This document shows positions 44,420 through 53,429 of a stretch of DNA of 64,000 nucleotides, one piece after another; position 1 is the stretch's first letter; the number at the start of each line of letters is the position of its first letter. The position numbers were made by a program, and so were the translations under genes. The stretch spans positions 1 to 64,000 of the IMG/VR virus record IMGVR_UViG_3300029319_009270. One strand, 5' to 3'. The DNA is from a virus. The notes under the pieces were generated by a model. That model ran no database searches. It saw nothing but the letters and a program-made list of their open reading frames with translations, and was not told the origin of the DNA.

Positions 44420-45334
44420 CTAAATTATAATATGCGCAGAATTAAAGTTTATTCTTATTCTACATTTCAAATTATTTAATCTTAATTGATTGTATACTTT
44501 ACTACAAAGATAATACAAGAATTGAATATCGTATTTTAAAGTATCTTTTGTATTAGATGATCTAAAAACAAAATTACAGTCAAATATTCTATTTCTTACT
44601 GTGAACTGCCCAAAAGAAATACAAGTATCAGAGCTGTACACAAATCGTCTAGAAGCAGTATTTTCTTTTCTATTATGTTCATTATTCCCATTCAACTCAT
44701 TTTCTATTTTGTTCTGAACTGATTTTAATATGCTTTGATAATAATCTTTTTCGGGCTCGTATTCCAAAACTTTTAAATTAATATCTTTAAAATCGCAGTC
44801 GCTATAATAAGTTAGATTGATATGAGAAGCTTCTAAACTATCATTTGCTGCCGCGAACATATTTACATAACCAGCAACATCTTGAATGCTGATGGCTTCT
44901 ATCGTCATCAACTCTTTAATAACCGGTTCAACGTAAGAAAGCGTATTATCATCTCTAATAACCATCACGTTTGGATACAGTCTTAATTCCTCAGCTGCTT
45001 CTTCAAACAATCTATAAACTTTTTTAAGGGTTGTTATGGTTTGTATATCATCCCCTCTTTTGTTATAACGTCGTTCAATCTCGTCCCACGATGGTAAAAG
45101 TATAATAATACGATTGTTCAAGTTTTTAATTTCTGCATTAAGTCTTTCAACTTCAATAAAAGTATCGCGATCGTAAAGCTTTGCATAAACTAACATTGAC
45201 AAAGCAGATCGATCTTGGATATTCCAACGATACTTAGAAATTTTATGCAGCTGATTATAAAAAGAAGTCTTGCCAGACAAATCAGGGCCTTCTAAAATTA
45301 ACTGACTTGTTGGGAAACAATTTGTTTTATTCAT
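44420..45334 (-). CDS. dNMP-kinase-like domain fused to a truncated thymidylate-synthase-fold domain
   Basis: N-terminal EGPDLSGKT...QDRS; C-terminal SRR...C....QF.VR......FRSS......YD...SAH. Confidence 0.65.
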   Translation of the reverse strand: MNKTNCFPTSQLILEGPDLSGKTSFYNQLHKISKYRWNIQDRSALSMLVYAKLYDRDTFIEVERLNAEIKNLNNRIIILLPSWDEIERRYNKRGDDIQTITTLKKVYRLFEEAAEELRLYPNVMVIRDDNTLSYVEPVIKELMTIEAISIQDVAGYVNMFAAANDSLEASHINLTYYSDCDFKDINLKVLEYEPEKDYYQSILKSVQNKIENELNGNNEHNRKENTASRRFVYSSDTCISFGQFTVRNRIFDCNFVFRSSNTKDTLKYDIQFLYYLCSKVYNQLRLNNLKCRIRINFNSAHIII

Positions 45335-45351
45335 GTTACCTCCTAACACGT

Positions 45352-45380
45352 ATTATATAAAATGAATCAATATTATACAA
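45352..45380 (-). promoter_or_regulatory. Sigma70-like promoter TTGTAT-N17-TATAAT
   Basis: Exact spacer; AGGAGGT SD follows. Confidence 0.6.
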
Positions 45381-45408
45381 CAAAAGATAATATTTTGAAT
45401 CTACAAAG

Positions 45409-46074
45409 CTAGCTCACGTATTTCAATATTAATTCAGGCACTGAATAATTGAACAACTCAAAATCTTTTTGATACAGATTGTAAAAATATTTTGTAACAT
45501 CTGGCGAATATTCCCAGTCAGGTTGTATATCTTTATTAATTCTGGATTTATTCATGTGAGGTAGTTTTTGATTGCTGATGACGTCTTTGTCATTTAAAAA
45601 CTTTATAACATTTTCAATTTCTTCAAATTTAAAAACTTTTGTTTTATCATCAACAAAATAATGTTGAGGCACCCAGTGATTATCGTCGAAACCCATTCCT
45701 AATTTAGGAACAAGATCTGTAAAAACTGCGTGCATATAATGAATAATCCCATGAGGCGTTATTGAGTTTCTAGTAATCGTGGTTGTCTCTAGCTTTTCGT
45801 AACCTTTAATTACATAAAATATTTCTGACAACATTCTTTCTATGGGATTTCTAACGATCGTAAATGTAAATTCAATGTCTAGATCTGAATTCATTTTATT
45901 ATACACGTCTTTCGTATGATGAGGATGCGCCTTAAAATAGTTTGACTCTTTGGTAAAAAACCTTTTCTCATCTTTTTTCCAACCTGCACTTTGTATTAGT
46001 TTTCTTATAGAAGTACCTCCAGTTTTAGGTATGTGCACAAACTGTATTGTTCTGTTGTCTTTATAGAATATCAT
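45409..46074 (-). CDS. Sulfotransferase (Sulfotransfer_2/Stf0-like)
   Basis: FVHIPKTGGTS (5'-PSB), VRNPIER..S (3'-PB), HWVPQ, Y.KDFELFNY. Confidence 0.8.
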   Translation of the reverse strand: MIFYKDNRTIQFVHIPKTGGTSIRKLIQSAGWKKDEKRFFTKESNYFKAHPHHTKDVYNKMNSDLDIEFTFTIVRNPIERMLSEIFYVIKGYEKLETTTITRNSITPHGIIHYMHAVFTDLVPKLGMGFDDNHWVPQHYFVDDKTKVFKFEEIENVIKFLNDKDVISNQKLPHMNKSRINKDIQPDWEYSPDVTKYFYNLYQKDFELFNYSVPELILKYVS

Positions 46075-49000
46075 ACTACAAGCGGCCTAACTTTTGCTAC
46101 GCTAGTGCTAGCACCCCAGTTTGGATCATTGTGTGCTGTACACAGCCATATCGAGTAAGGTTGCATTTCTCTAGGGGCACCACCCCACATTCTAAGCCAG
46201 CCCGTATTACTTTCATGATCAGTAATTTTAATTCTATAAAATGTTTTCTTATTTTTTGTAGTCTTTTTAATCATCTCAACAACACAATACCAGGCAACAC
46301 CTTTTTCGTTAGACTCCATATTAAGAACTGACTTAACTCCGCTTTTCATGATTTTTTCCATTAATTCTTCGGGAAATGCCAGATCATCTCTTGTCGCAGA
46401 ACACATGTCCTGATACATTTGCAATTTTTCAATACGATTCCAATCATCTTGGTCTTTTGTTTCACTGATCAGTATAGGAAGCAAATCAGGTGCATTTTCT
46501 TTTTTTGCTTTCCTTACAGTCATTCCCCAGCGACTCTTTTTAAGTTTTTCATAATTGTCGATAATAATACTGTGTAACTGCTTGTGATGATCGATAGTAC
46601 CATCCCACATCTCTTCTAAACAATCAAGTGCTTCAACTTTACAAAGAGCAGAAAAACCTGTTTTGTTTAATTTACTATGATACCACTTTCCATCTTCATT
46701 AAATAACATGCTATCAACCGATGTATAAGGTCGGTTAGCCATGATTTCTTTTACAGCATTCTTTCCTAAACCTTTGATTGATGTCAAGGGTGGAATAAAA
46801 GCTTGCTTCTGCTCTGACCACGACCATGCTAGACCTGATTCATTGATGTCAGGTGTTGAAACTTCATAGCCCATTGCTTTAATTTCTGAAATTGCTTTTG
46901 AAAGATTTTTAGGATTGTTATTCTCAGATTCTAGAATAGTTCCTAACCAATCTGTTTCATAGTATGTATGAAGCCATGCAGCATAGTAAGATCCAATTGC
47001 ATATGCCACAGCATGAGACTTATTAAATCCATAAACTGAAAAGAATTCAATTCTTTGCCACAATTCTTCGCTTACATGTTCGGGTACGCCATTAATATCT
47101 TTTGCACCCTTAATAAACTTTTGTTTAGCTGCTTCTCGTTCATCACCTTTTTTACCCATTGTATCAAGAGACTTTTTAACCAACGTCTTTCGAAGCTTAT
47201 CAGATTCAGCAGGTGTAAACCCTCCAAGCTTTTGGGCTAAAATCATGAACTGTTCTTGAAATGTTACGTGCCCAAATGTTGGACCAAGAACCTCCTTGAT
47301 GATTGGGTGAGGATATTCAATCTCACTGGCTCGAGCTTTATCCTTTACATATTTCAAGTGAACATTCGCACGAAGAGGGCCAGGGCGATATATCGCTGTT
47401 AACGCTCCAAGCTCTTCAATAGAAGTAGGTTTAGCGTCCTCGCAGAATCGCCGAGCACCTTCTGCAGTAAACTGGAATACACCTACTTTTCTTCTTTGAT
47501 GATAAACATGTTCCCAAACCTTCATATCATCTTGTTCAACGTAACGACAATTTAAATGATCATCAAACCAATCTCGAATCTCGAGAAACGTTGGTTCTTT
47601 ACCGTTTTCTTTTGTTAAAATACGTTTGATGCAATTTTCTACGTCTTTTAATAACGTAAGGCCAAGAAAGTCAAACTTAATAAATCCGTTATCCTCAAGA
47701 TTACGAAAGTTCATGCCTTCTGTCCAGGGAGTTTGCAACTCACCCCGAACACCAATTATAGGCATACCTCGTGCCAGATCATCAGCTGGTCCAATAATCA
47801 CACCACCTGCATGACGCCCAACTGATCTATTCTGCATAAAGAGAGCTTCGATATGATCCTTTACTTTCGGATATTTTTCCATAAACTCTCGATATTTTTT
47901 TGAATACTGCATACAGTCAGAATGCTTGAGCACAAAAACAGACTTTTCAGTATTTTCATCTCTTGCTTGTGCCATTACCTCATCTTGTAGGGGCCCAGTC
48001 ATTTTGTTAACTTCAGCAAAGTCTATGCCGTAAAATTTAGATATATCCTTTACAAGCGACTTAAGTTTGAGCGTGTTAAAATTAGACACAGGAATGACAG
48101 CCTCATCACCGTAAAGATCTCGAGCGGCGTTAATTAATGCGTCACGATCACCAGCATCAGAATCAATATCAGGCCAGGACGTCCTATGTCTACCTAGAAA
48201 ACGTTCCCAAAGCAAATCATATTTCAAAGGATCAATTTGAGTAATCCCTAGTAAGTAGTTGACAAGAGATCCACCACCGGAGCCTCGTGCAGCACCAAAT
48301 AAGGTGTGATCGGCTGCTTTGTGAAACACTTCATACATTACAAGGAAGTAATTTTCAAATCCAAGAAATTTAATATCTTCAAGTTCGTGTTTAGCTCTTT
48401 CAACGTATTCTTTTTTCGTATGCAAATTTTCTTTAATCATTGCATCTTTGACTTTCTTTGCTAGCTGTTGAAAAGCAGTTTCATTAGGCTTGTTAAAATC
48501 AGGTAGTTTAACACTAGTGTCAATCCAGCAATCATCACATTTTTCCCACGCAATATCATATGTTCTTTCGATTGAATCTTTAACAGTTTGTTCATAACCT
48601 TCATAAGTGTCTTTATATTCATCATAGTGACAAACAAACTCATCCCACATTTGTTGTGCATTTTTAGGATACAATTCACACTTTAAATCTTCAAACTCAG
48701 GCAGTGGTGAAGGATCATTACCCATCCAGCCTAACTTCTTATAAAGCTCTCTTGCTTCCCACTTATCAGGAGAATAGTAATGTGAGTCTGGTGTAGAAAT
48801 ACAATTAATTCCTGTTTGCGCTGAATGGCGCAGCAAATGGTGATTTACAAGGTGTTGTTGTTTCAATCTGTTGAATTGCAGTTCAAGATAAAAATTTTCT
48901 TCACCCACTGCGTCAACAAAGCGATCAGAAAGATACATTAGTTCCTGTTGTATCTCCTCATCAGATTTTTTCATTGCATTTCCTCTCATAATCCTATTAG

Positions 49001-49583
49001 AGTAAATACCTCCTAAACACGCAGTTGAAACATTCAATCCACGCCCATGTTGTTTAAGTAAGTCAAAATCAATCCTTGGGTAACGATAGAATCCTTCTGT
49101 ATAAGCTCTTTTAATTAAAGTAAACAGGTTACCTAATCCTTCACGATTTTGTGCTGTTACAACAAGATGGTACCTTCTTTTCCACTCGTCTTTGCCTACA
49201 ACGACAGTCTTTGTTTCTTCTTCATTTTCAATAACATGCCCGCCTTCTTCTTCTTCTTTTATTGCCTTTTGTTTGGCAGCAGCTCTATCTAACTTTGCTT
49301 GCTCGTAATCTGTTTTCCAGTCACTAAGTGAAGGAACAAAATAAAATTCGCAACCATAAATTTGACGATACTTTATTCCTTTCTTTTGCAGTTTTGTTGC
49401 GTGTTTGTGCGCGTGTGCTAACCCGGAACCGTTGCCGTGATCAGTTAAACCCCAAGCGTCCATTCCATTTTCTATAACAAAATCAATATGATCAGAAGGA
49501 TATCCTAATCCATCAAACACAGAAAAACCTGTGTGTCCGTGTAATCCAACAAATCTTTTAGGGGGCTTTATTAATAAACTCAT
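46071..49583 (-). CDS. dnaE: DNA polymerase III alpha subunit (PHP plus C-family polymerase)
   Basis: LHGHT.FS..DG, TDHG, RGSGGGSLV, PDIDSD, HAGGV, KFDFLGL, YGFNKSHA. Confidence 0.95.
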   Translation of the reverse strand: MSLLIKPPKRFVGLHGHTGFSVFDGLGYPSDHIDFVIENGMDAWGLTDHGNGSGLAHAHKHATKLQKKGIKYRQIYGCEFYFVPSLSDWKTDYEQAKLDRAAAKQKAIKEEEEGGHVIENEEETKTVVVGKDEWKRRYHLVVTAQNREGLGNLFTLIKRAYTEGFYRYPRIDFDLLKQHGRGLNVSTACLGGIYSNRIMRGNAMKKSDEEIQQELMYLSDRFVDAVGEENFYLELQFNRLKQQHLVNHHLLRHSAQTGINCISTPDSHYYSPDKWEARELYKKLGWMGNDPSPLPEFEDLKCELYPKNAQQMWDEFVCHYDEYKDTYEGYEQTVKDSIERTYDIAWEKCDDCWIDTSVKLPDFNKPNETAFQQLAKKVKDAMIKENLHTKKEYVERAKHELEDIKFLGFENYFLVMYEVFHKAADHTLFGAARGSGGGSLVNYLLGITQIDPLKYDLLWERFLGRHRTSWPDIDSDAGDRDALINAARDLYGDEAVIPVSNFNTLKLKSLVKDISKFYGIDFAEVNKMTGPLQDEVMAQARDENTEKSVFVLKHSDCMQYSKKYREFMEKYPKVKDHIEALFMQNRSVGRHAGGVIIGPADDLARGMPIIGVRGELQTPWTEGMNFRNLEDNGFIKFDFLGLTLLKDVENCIKRILTKENGKEPTFLEIRDWFDDHLNCRYVEQDDMKVWEHVYHQRRKVGVFQFTAEGARRFCEDAKPTSIEELGALTAIYRPGPLRANVHLKYVKDKARASEIEYPHPIIKEVLGPTFGHVTFQEQFMILAQKLGGFTPAESDKLRKTLVKKSLDTMGKKGDEREAAKQKFIKGAKDINGVPEHVSEELWQRIEFFSVYGFNKSHAVAYAIGSYYAAWLHTYYETDWLGTILESENNNPKNLSKAISEIKAMGYEVSTPDINESGLAWSWSEQKQAFIPPLTSIKGLGKNAVKEIMANRPYTSVDSMLFNEDGKWYHSKLNKTGFSALCKVEALDCLEEMWDGTIDHHKQLHSIIIDNYEKLKKSRWGMTVRKAKKENAPDLLPILISETKDQDDWNRIEKLQMYQDMCSATRDDLAFPEELMEKIMKSGVKSVLNMESNEKGVAWYCVVEMIKKTTKNKKTFYRIKITDHESNTGWLRMWGGAPREMQPYSIWLCTAHNDPNWGASTSVAKVRPLVV

Positions 49584-49614
49584 GTTACTCCTTGCAAATT
49601 AATTCCTTACACAT

Positions 49615-49643
49615 ATTATAATAATAATTTTCAATATTTACAT
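49615..49643 (-). promoter_or_regulatory. Sigma70-like promoter ATGTAA-N17-TATAAT for dnaE
   Basis: Exact spacer; AAGGAG SD. Confidence 0.6.
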
Positions 49644-49673
49644 GAGAACAGTAATACTATTAAAAATTGTATA

Positions 49674-50669
49674 TTAAATACTAGTCGGTGAGTTTGAAAA
49701 TTTTATTTTTGTAATTGTTGGACACGACTCAGTTATTCTATCAGTAATATAAGTCGTCATTTCTGTCAAAGAATCAAATACTTTATGTTCATTATGATGC
49801 AATTTAAATAATTTAGCTGATTCGATGACATCTGTTTTTGATAAAACAATATGCGTTGTCCCAGTAAAATTAATTGCTTTTATCAGCTTGTTGAGATTGA
49901 GCCAGTTAACCTTTCTTCTTCTACCCGTTGTAACACCAAACTCATGACCAAGATCTGCAATTTTCAGTAATTCAGGATCATTAAGTAAACTTTCAGGAAA
50001 GTCCGGATCAACTCCTGACCTAGTATCATAAACTTTCGCAGCTCCCCATATATTCCTTATCATCTGAATTGGAAATCCTAAGGAGCATGCTCCGTGTGGT
50101 AAGGTTGTACTAGAAGTAACATAAGGATAATTACCAAAATCTACATCCAGCCATATTCCTTGCGCACCTTCACAAAGAACTTTTCCGGAAAGATTCTCAT
50201 CCCACATCATCCAGTAGGGTATAACGTCTTTAGCAAGAACCCCCTTGCGAGCCATTTTATCAGCGTAGCAAGGGGCTATTCCCTTTGATGTGGTTCCAAG
50301 TTTTTTTGCTAACTTTTCCGCATCTTCATCAATGTGAAGTCTGCTTACAATATGCGCTCTGGGTGAAACCTTAACTTTTGATATATCAAAACCGTTTTTC
50401 TCCAAATATCTAATTTCCGCCATAAGTGAATTCTCATGAACAACGCAACCTGGCCCTATGACTGATGTTACACCATGAAAAACACCACTTGGTACTAAAT
50501 GGGTTTTGTATTTTTTACCATCGACAAAAACAGTGTGTCCTGCATTGTTACCACCAGCCCAACGACAAACAAAATCATATTCACCACTACCGGCTAATTC
50601 TGATGTAATTTTTCCTTTTGCCTCATCGCCCCAAGCTAATCCGCAAACAATATCTGCGTATTCAATCAT
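49674..50669 (-). CDS. purA: Adenylosuccinate synthetase (short form)
   Basis: WGDEAKGK, GGNNAGHT, GTT.KGI.P.Y.DK, EGAQG, YPYVTSS, GVTTGRRR. Confidence 0.9.
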   Translation of the reverse strand: MIEYADIVCGLAWGDEAKGKITSELAGSGEYDFVCRWAGGNNAGHTVFVDGKKYKTHLVPSGVFHGVTSVIGPGCVVHENSLMAEIRYLEKNGFDISKVKVSPRAHIVSRLHIDEDAEKLAKKLGTTSKGIAPCYADKMARKGVLAKDVIPYWMMWDENLSGKVLCEGAQGIWLDVDFGNYPYVTSSTTLPHGACSLGFPIQMIRNIWGAAKVYDTRSGVDPDFPESLLNDPELLKIADLGHEFGVTTGRRRKVNWLNLNKLIKAINFTGTTHIVLSKTDVIESAKLFKLHHNEHKVFDSLTEMTTYITDRITESCPTITKIKFSNSPTSI

Positions 50670-50724
50670 AATATTCCTCTTGTTGGTTGGGGATTATATC
50701 GAATATTAAAAAACTATAAATTTA

Positions 50725-51396
50725 TTATTCGTACTTTCTGAGCCGCAACTCACCATTTTTTATAACAACATACGTACAATTAGAAACCCAATCCCCTGTG
50801 TTAACATATGTTTTTATGTTTTCATTTTTATCAACCCAAATAAGAACTTCAGGATTATGTGTGTGCCCCATAATAAAAACATCGCATTCATCGTTCCACT
50901 TAACTAAATCCCATATTCTTTTTAGCTTTCTTTTTTTAATTTGTTGTTTTGCCCACAACGTTGTTAAGTCTACCTTGAAAACTCTTTCAATTAAGTTCTG
51001 TACGTATGATATTAATTCAATAGTATACCGCCACTTTACAACACCTTTATCGTATTGGTCTCCATGTTGGACTCTATATTTTCGGCCAGAATATTCAAAG
51101 TCATATTTTCTTGTAAAAAAGATACCCGCAACAGTCTTTCCTACAAAATTATCAAAAGCATCGTCATGATTTCCAACTACATATATGATATTTTTACCTG
51201 AATTTAAAACTTCATTAAATATGTCCACAGTGTGCAGTGTAAAGTCGGGCTTTTTTAAAAATTCTAAAATGTCTCCGGCTAATATTAGTTCATCATATTC
51301 AATTGATTTTAAAAATTTTGACAGTTCCTTTTCTTTTGAGTAAGCACTCCCTAAATGCAAATCTGATATTACTAATCTTATGTAATCTTTTTTCAT
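50725..51396 (-). CDS. Calcineurin-like metallophosphoesterase (LpxH/UDP-diacylglucosamine hydrolase-like)
   Basis: SDLHLG, GDI, GNHD, HGD, GHTH, NTGDW. Confidence 0.8.
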   Translation of the reverse strand: MKKDYIRLVISDLHLGSAYSKEKELSKFLKSIEYDELILAGDILEFLKKPDFTLHTVDIFNEVLNSGKNIIYVVGNHDDAFDNFVGKTVAGIFFTRKYDFEYSGRKYRVQHGDQYDKGVVKWRYTIELISYVQNLIERVFKVDLTTLWAKQQIKKRKLKRIWDLVKWNDECDVFIMGHTHNPEVLIWVDKNENIKTYVNTGDWVSNCTYVVIKNGELRLRKYE

Positions 51397-51442
51397 TTAA
51401 GTTGTGTACTCAATAATTTTCGATACTGATCCGTTAATTTAA

Positions 51443-51556
51443 TTATTTCATTGATTGAATTAAATCAACGACATATTCATATGCAACTAAAAAAGTACAA
51501 ATAGCAATAGGTATACCTACTACTAGACCTGTAATTATAAACATTAAGTCTAACAT
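51443..51556 (-). CDS. 37 aa membrane peptide (not in the ORF track)
   Basis: MLDLMFIITGLVVGIPIAICTFLVAYEYVVDLIQSMK; GAGG SD. Confidence 0.5.
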   Translation of the reverse strand: MLDLMFIITGLVVGIPIAICTFLVAYEYVVDLIQSMK

Positions 51557-51717
51557 CTATTACGCCTCTCACATATAACGATTAAAATACCTAAAATCAA
51601 ACCGACAATTAAAGTCCACGGTTCAGGTTCGACTTGATTTGTTTGGCAACTAAAACCCCCAGATTCTTCTGCTAACTCAGAAGCTAAGTATATTTCGCCT
51701 GTATCGCCTGAATCCAC
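51550..51717 (-). CDS. 55 aa MYXO-CTERM-like micro-protein (not in the ORF track)
   Basis: GTG start after AAGGA; MDSGDTGEIYLASELAEESGGFSCQTNQVEPEPWTLIVGLILGILIVICERRNRC. Confidence 0.6.
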   Translation of the reverse strand: MDSGDTGEIYLASELAEESGGFSCQTNQVEPEPWTLIVGLILGILIVICERRNRC

Positions 51718-51736
51718 AGATTCTTCCTTTTAAAAA

Positions 51737-51812
51737 TGGAGCCATTGATAGGATTCGAACCTACGACCGGACGCTTACAAAGCGTCTGCTCTACCAACTG
51801 AGCTACAATGGC
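51737..51812 (-). tRNA. tRNA-Thr(UGU), CCA encoded
   Basis: GCCATTG acceptor stem; anticodon arm GACGC-TTTGTAA-GCGTC; GGTTCGAATCC T-arm. Confidence 0.95.
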
Positions 51813-51821
51813 ACAAAAACA

Positions 51822-52133
51822 CTATTTGAAAATATTATTTAATTTATCTTCTAGCTGATCTATTTTTAGCATACCAATTTTTTCTTCTTTCGTAACACCA
51901 TTTTTGATAAAAAATGTATGAGGAATTGATTTAATATTGAACTTTTTTAAAGTGGAGGGATCGCAAGTTTGAATATCTACGTAGAAAAAATTAATATCTG
52001 AATATTTGTTGCTAATACTATCAACTCTTTGCTTCATAACCTTGCAAGGATTACACCAACTAGCTGAAAATTGCAGATATACATTTCCATTTTGTGTATT
52101 TTTTTCAATATTCGCGTCATTAATTTCTTCCAT
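51822..52133 (-). CDS. Thioredoxin
   Basis: F.ASWCNPCK, IKSIP. Confidence 0.85.
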   Translation of the reverse strand: MEEINDANIEKNTQNGNVYLQFSASWCNPCKVMKQRVDSISNKYSDINFFYVDIQTCDPSTLKKFNIKSIPHTFFIKNGVTKEEKIGMLKIDQLEDKLNNIFK

Positions 52134-52160
52134 GATTCTCTCCTATTTTAAAGAATAATA

Positions 52161-52481
52161 TTATTTAAGGGTTTCAAATAGAGCCCTAAGCATTCCTGTT
52201 CTTGTTGTAATGTCTAGATCACTTCCTTTTTTAATAAAATATCTTCCCACTGTTAGCGGCCAATAAGCTGTCGCCCAAAGCAACATCATTTTTATTTCAA
52301 AAGAATGTTTTTGTAAAATTTCTTCTATATCTTGATCTTTAAAATAATTACCTGATTTATTATTCAATTCTAAAATAACGCTTCTTTCATAATCCCAATT
52401 ATGATATGACCAATACACTTTGTATTCGACAATCTGATGCATTATTCCTAAACCTAAATAAATTCCTAATCCCAGTAACAT
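52161..52481 (-). CDS. Membrane protein
   Basis: Two hydrophobic segments. Confidence 0.55.
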   Translation of the reverse strand: MLLGLGIYLGLGIMHQIVEYKVYWSYHNWDYERSVILELNNKSGNYFKDQDIEEILQKHSFEIKMMLLWATAYWPLTVGRYFIKKGSDLDITTRTGMLRALFETLK

Positions 52482-52504
52482 TTTACAATCCCTTTAAAAA
52501 TAAG

Positions 52505-52581
52505 TGGTGGACCCTCAAGGACTTGAACCTTGGACCTGCCGATTATGAGTCGGATGCTCTAACCAACTGAGCTAAGGGTCC
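52505..52581 (-). tRNA. tRNA with CAU anticodon, probably Ile2 (lysidine type, reads AUA); CCA encoded
   Basis: GGACCCTTAGCTCAGTTGGTTAGAGCA...GACTCATAATCG...GGTTCAAGTCC...GGGTCCACCA closely resembles bacterial ileX-type tRNAs; lacks initiator features. Confidence 0.85.
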
Positions 52582-52589
52582 TAAAACTA

Positions 52590-52663
<74 letters not shown>

Positions 52664-52737
52664 AAAAGAGTACTCATCGCGTAAAATAAGTTACCATGAG
52701 TTCTGGTATTCACCTGAAGAATTCCAGCAATAATAAC

Positions 52738-53085
52738 TTAGTCAAGATAACAAACAGAGCGTCCAGTACCCCAACCTTTATGGTCGGCGTGTGTTGTATC
52801 GCCTGCCAGTGATGGGTCGGGCTGGAAAACAACTTTCACTTGTCTGTGAAGCGTCTGCTTACTACTAGGAATAAATCCTGTGATTCTGCCACCCATATAA
52901 GCATTACTAGTTCTAAATTCAGTAAGCGTAACTTGTTCGCCTAACAACTCACGTTGTTTATCTTCACTTATTACCCAATCACCCGTTACAAAAGTACCTG
53001 TTGCAACGTTATATTCGTAGTCGTGCTTTTTGCACATTAGTGAAATAGCTGGCTTGTTACGATTTACAAAATTAATACTTGACAT
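52738..53085 (-). CDS. Hypothetical protein
   Basis: Own promoter TTGTAA-N17-TAAAAT (53119-53147); AAGGAG SD. Confidence 0.65.
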   Translation of the reverse strand: MSSINFVNRNKPAISLMCKKHDYEYNVATGTFVTGDWVISEDKQRELLGEQVTLTEFRTSNAYMGGRITGFIPSSKQTLHRQVKVVFQPDPSLAGDTTHADHKGWGTGRSVCYLD

Positions 53086-53148
53086 AAGTTATTTCTCCTT
53101 TTTAAATTATGTATTATTATTTTAACTTACAATATTGATTTTTACAAA

Positions 53149-53379
53149 TTAAAAAGTATAAGTTTTTTCCAGTTTTTCAACAATTTGATCTAGCTGTGTT
53201 ACAGCATCGCCTAGTTTCAATCGAGCTTTTACAGATCGAACTGCTTCCCGCAAAACTTTCGGATCAAACTGCTCCTTATAATCAGTGAACAAATCTTTCT
53301 TTTCTTCATTGAGAAGCTGAATCTCACCTTCAATGCGTTTCAGTTTCTCGATAAAATCTTGTAGTTGCTTATCATTCAT
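53149..53379 (-). CDS. GapR/DUF2312-like nucleoid-associated protein (T4 DsbA-like)
   Basis: QL..FIE.L.R.E.E...L.EE.KD.F...K..FD.KVLR..V. Confidence 0.7.
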   Translation of the reverse strand: MNDKQLQDFIEKLKRIEGEIQLLNEEKKDLFTDYKEQFDPKVLREAVRSVKARLKLGDAVTQLDQIVEKLEKTYTF

Positions 53380-53429
53380 ATTTCCTCCAGCTCTATAAAC
53401 ATAACATATTAACTTTAATTTTACAAAAC

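Noticed and set aside
46071-49583. Intein or intron in dnaE (also checked thyX and the helicase)
   Set aside because: Lengths are normal, motifs are contiguous, and no C...HN splice or LAGLIDADG motifs were seen.
49674-50669. PurZ (2-aminoadenine DNA pathway)
   Set aside because: The protein keeps the catalytic Asp (WGDEAKG) of PurA; PurZ has Ser at this position (GSTGKG-type).
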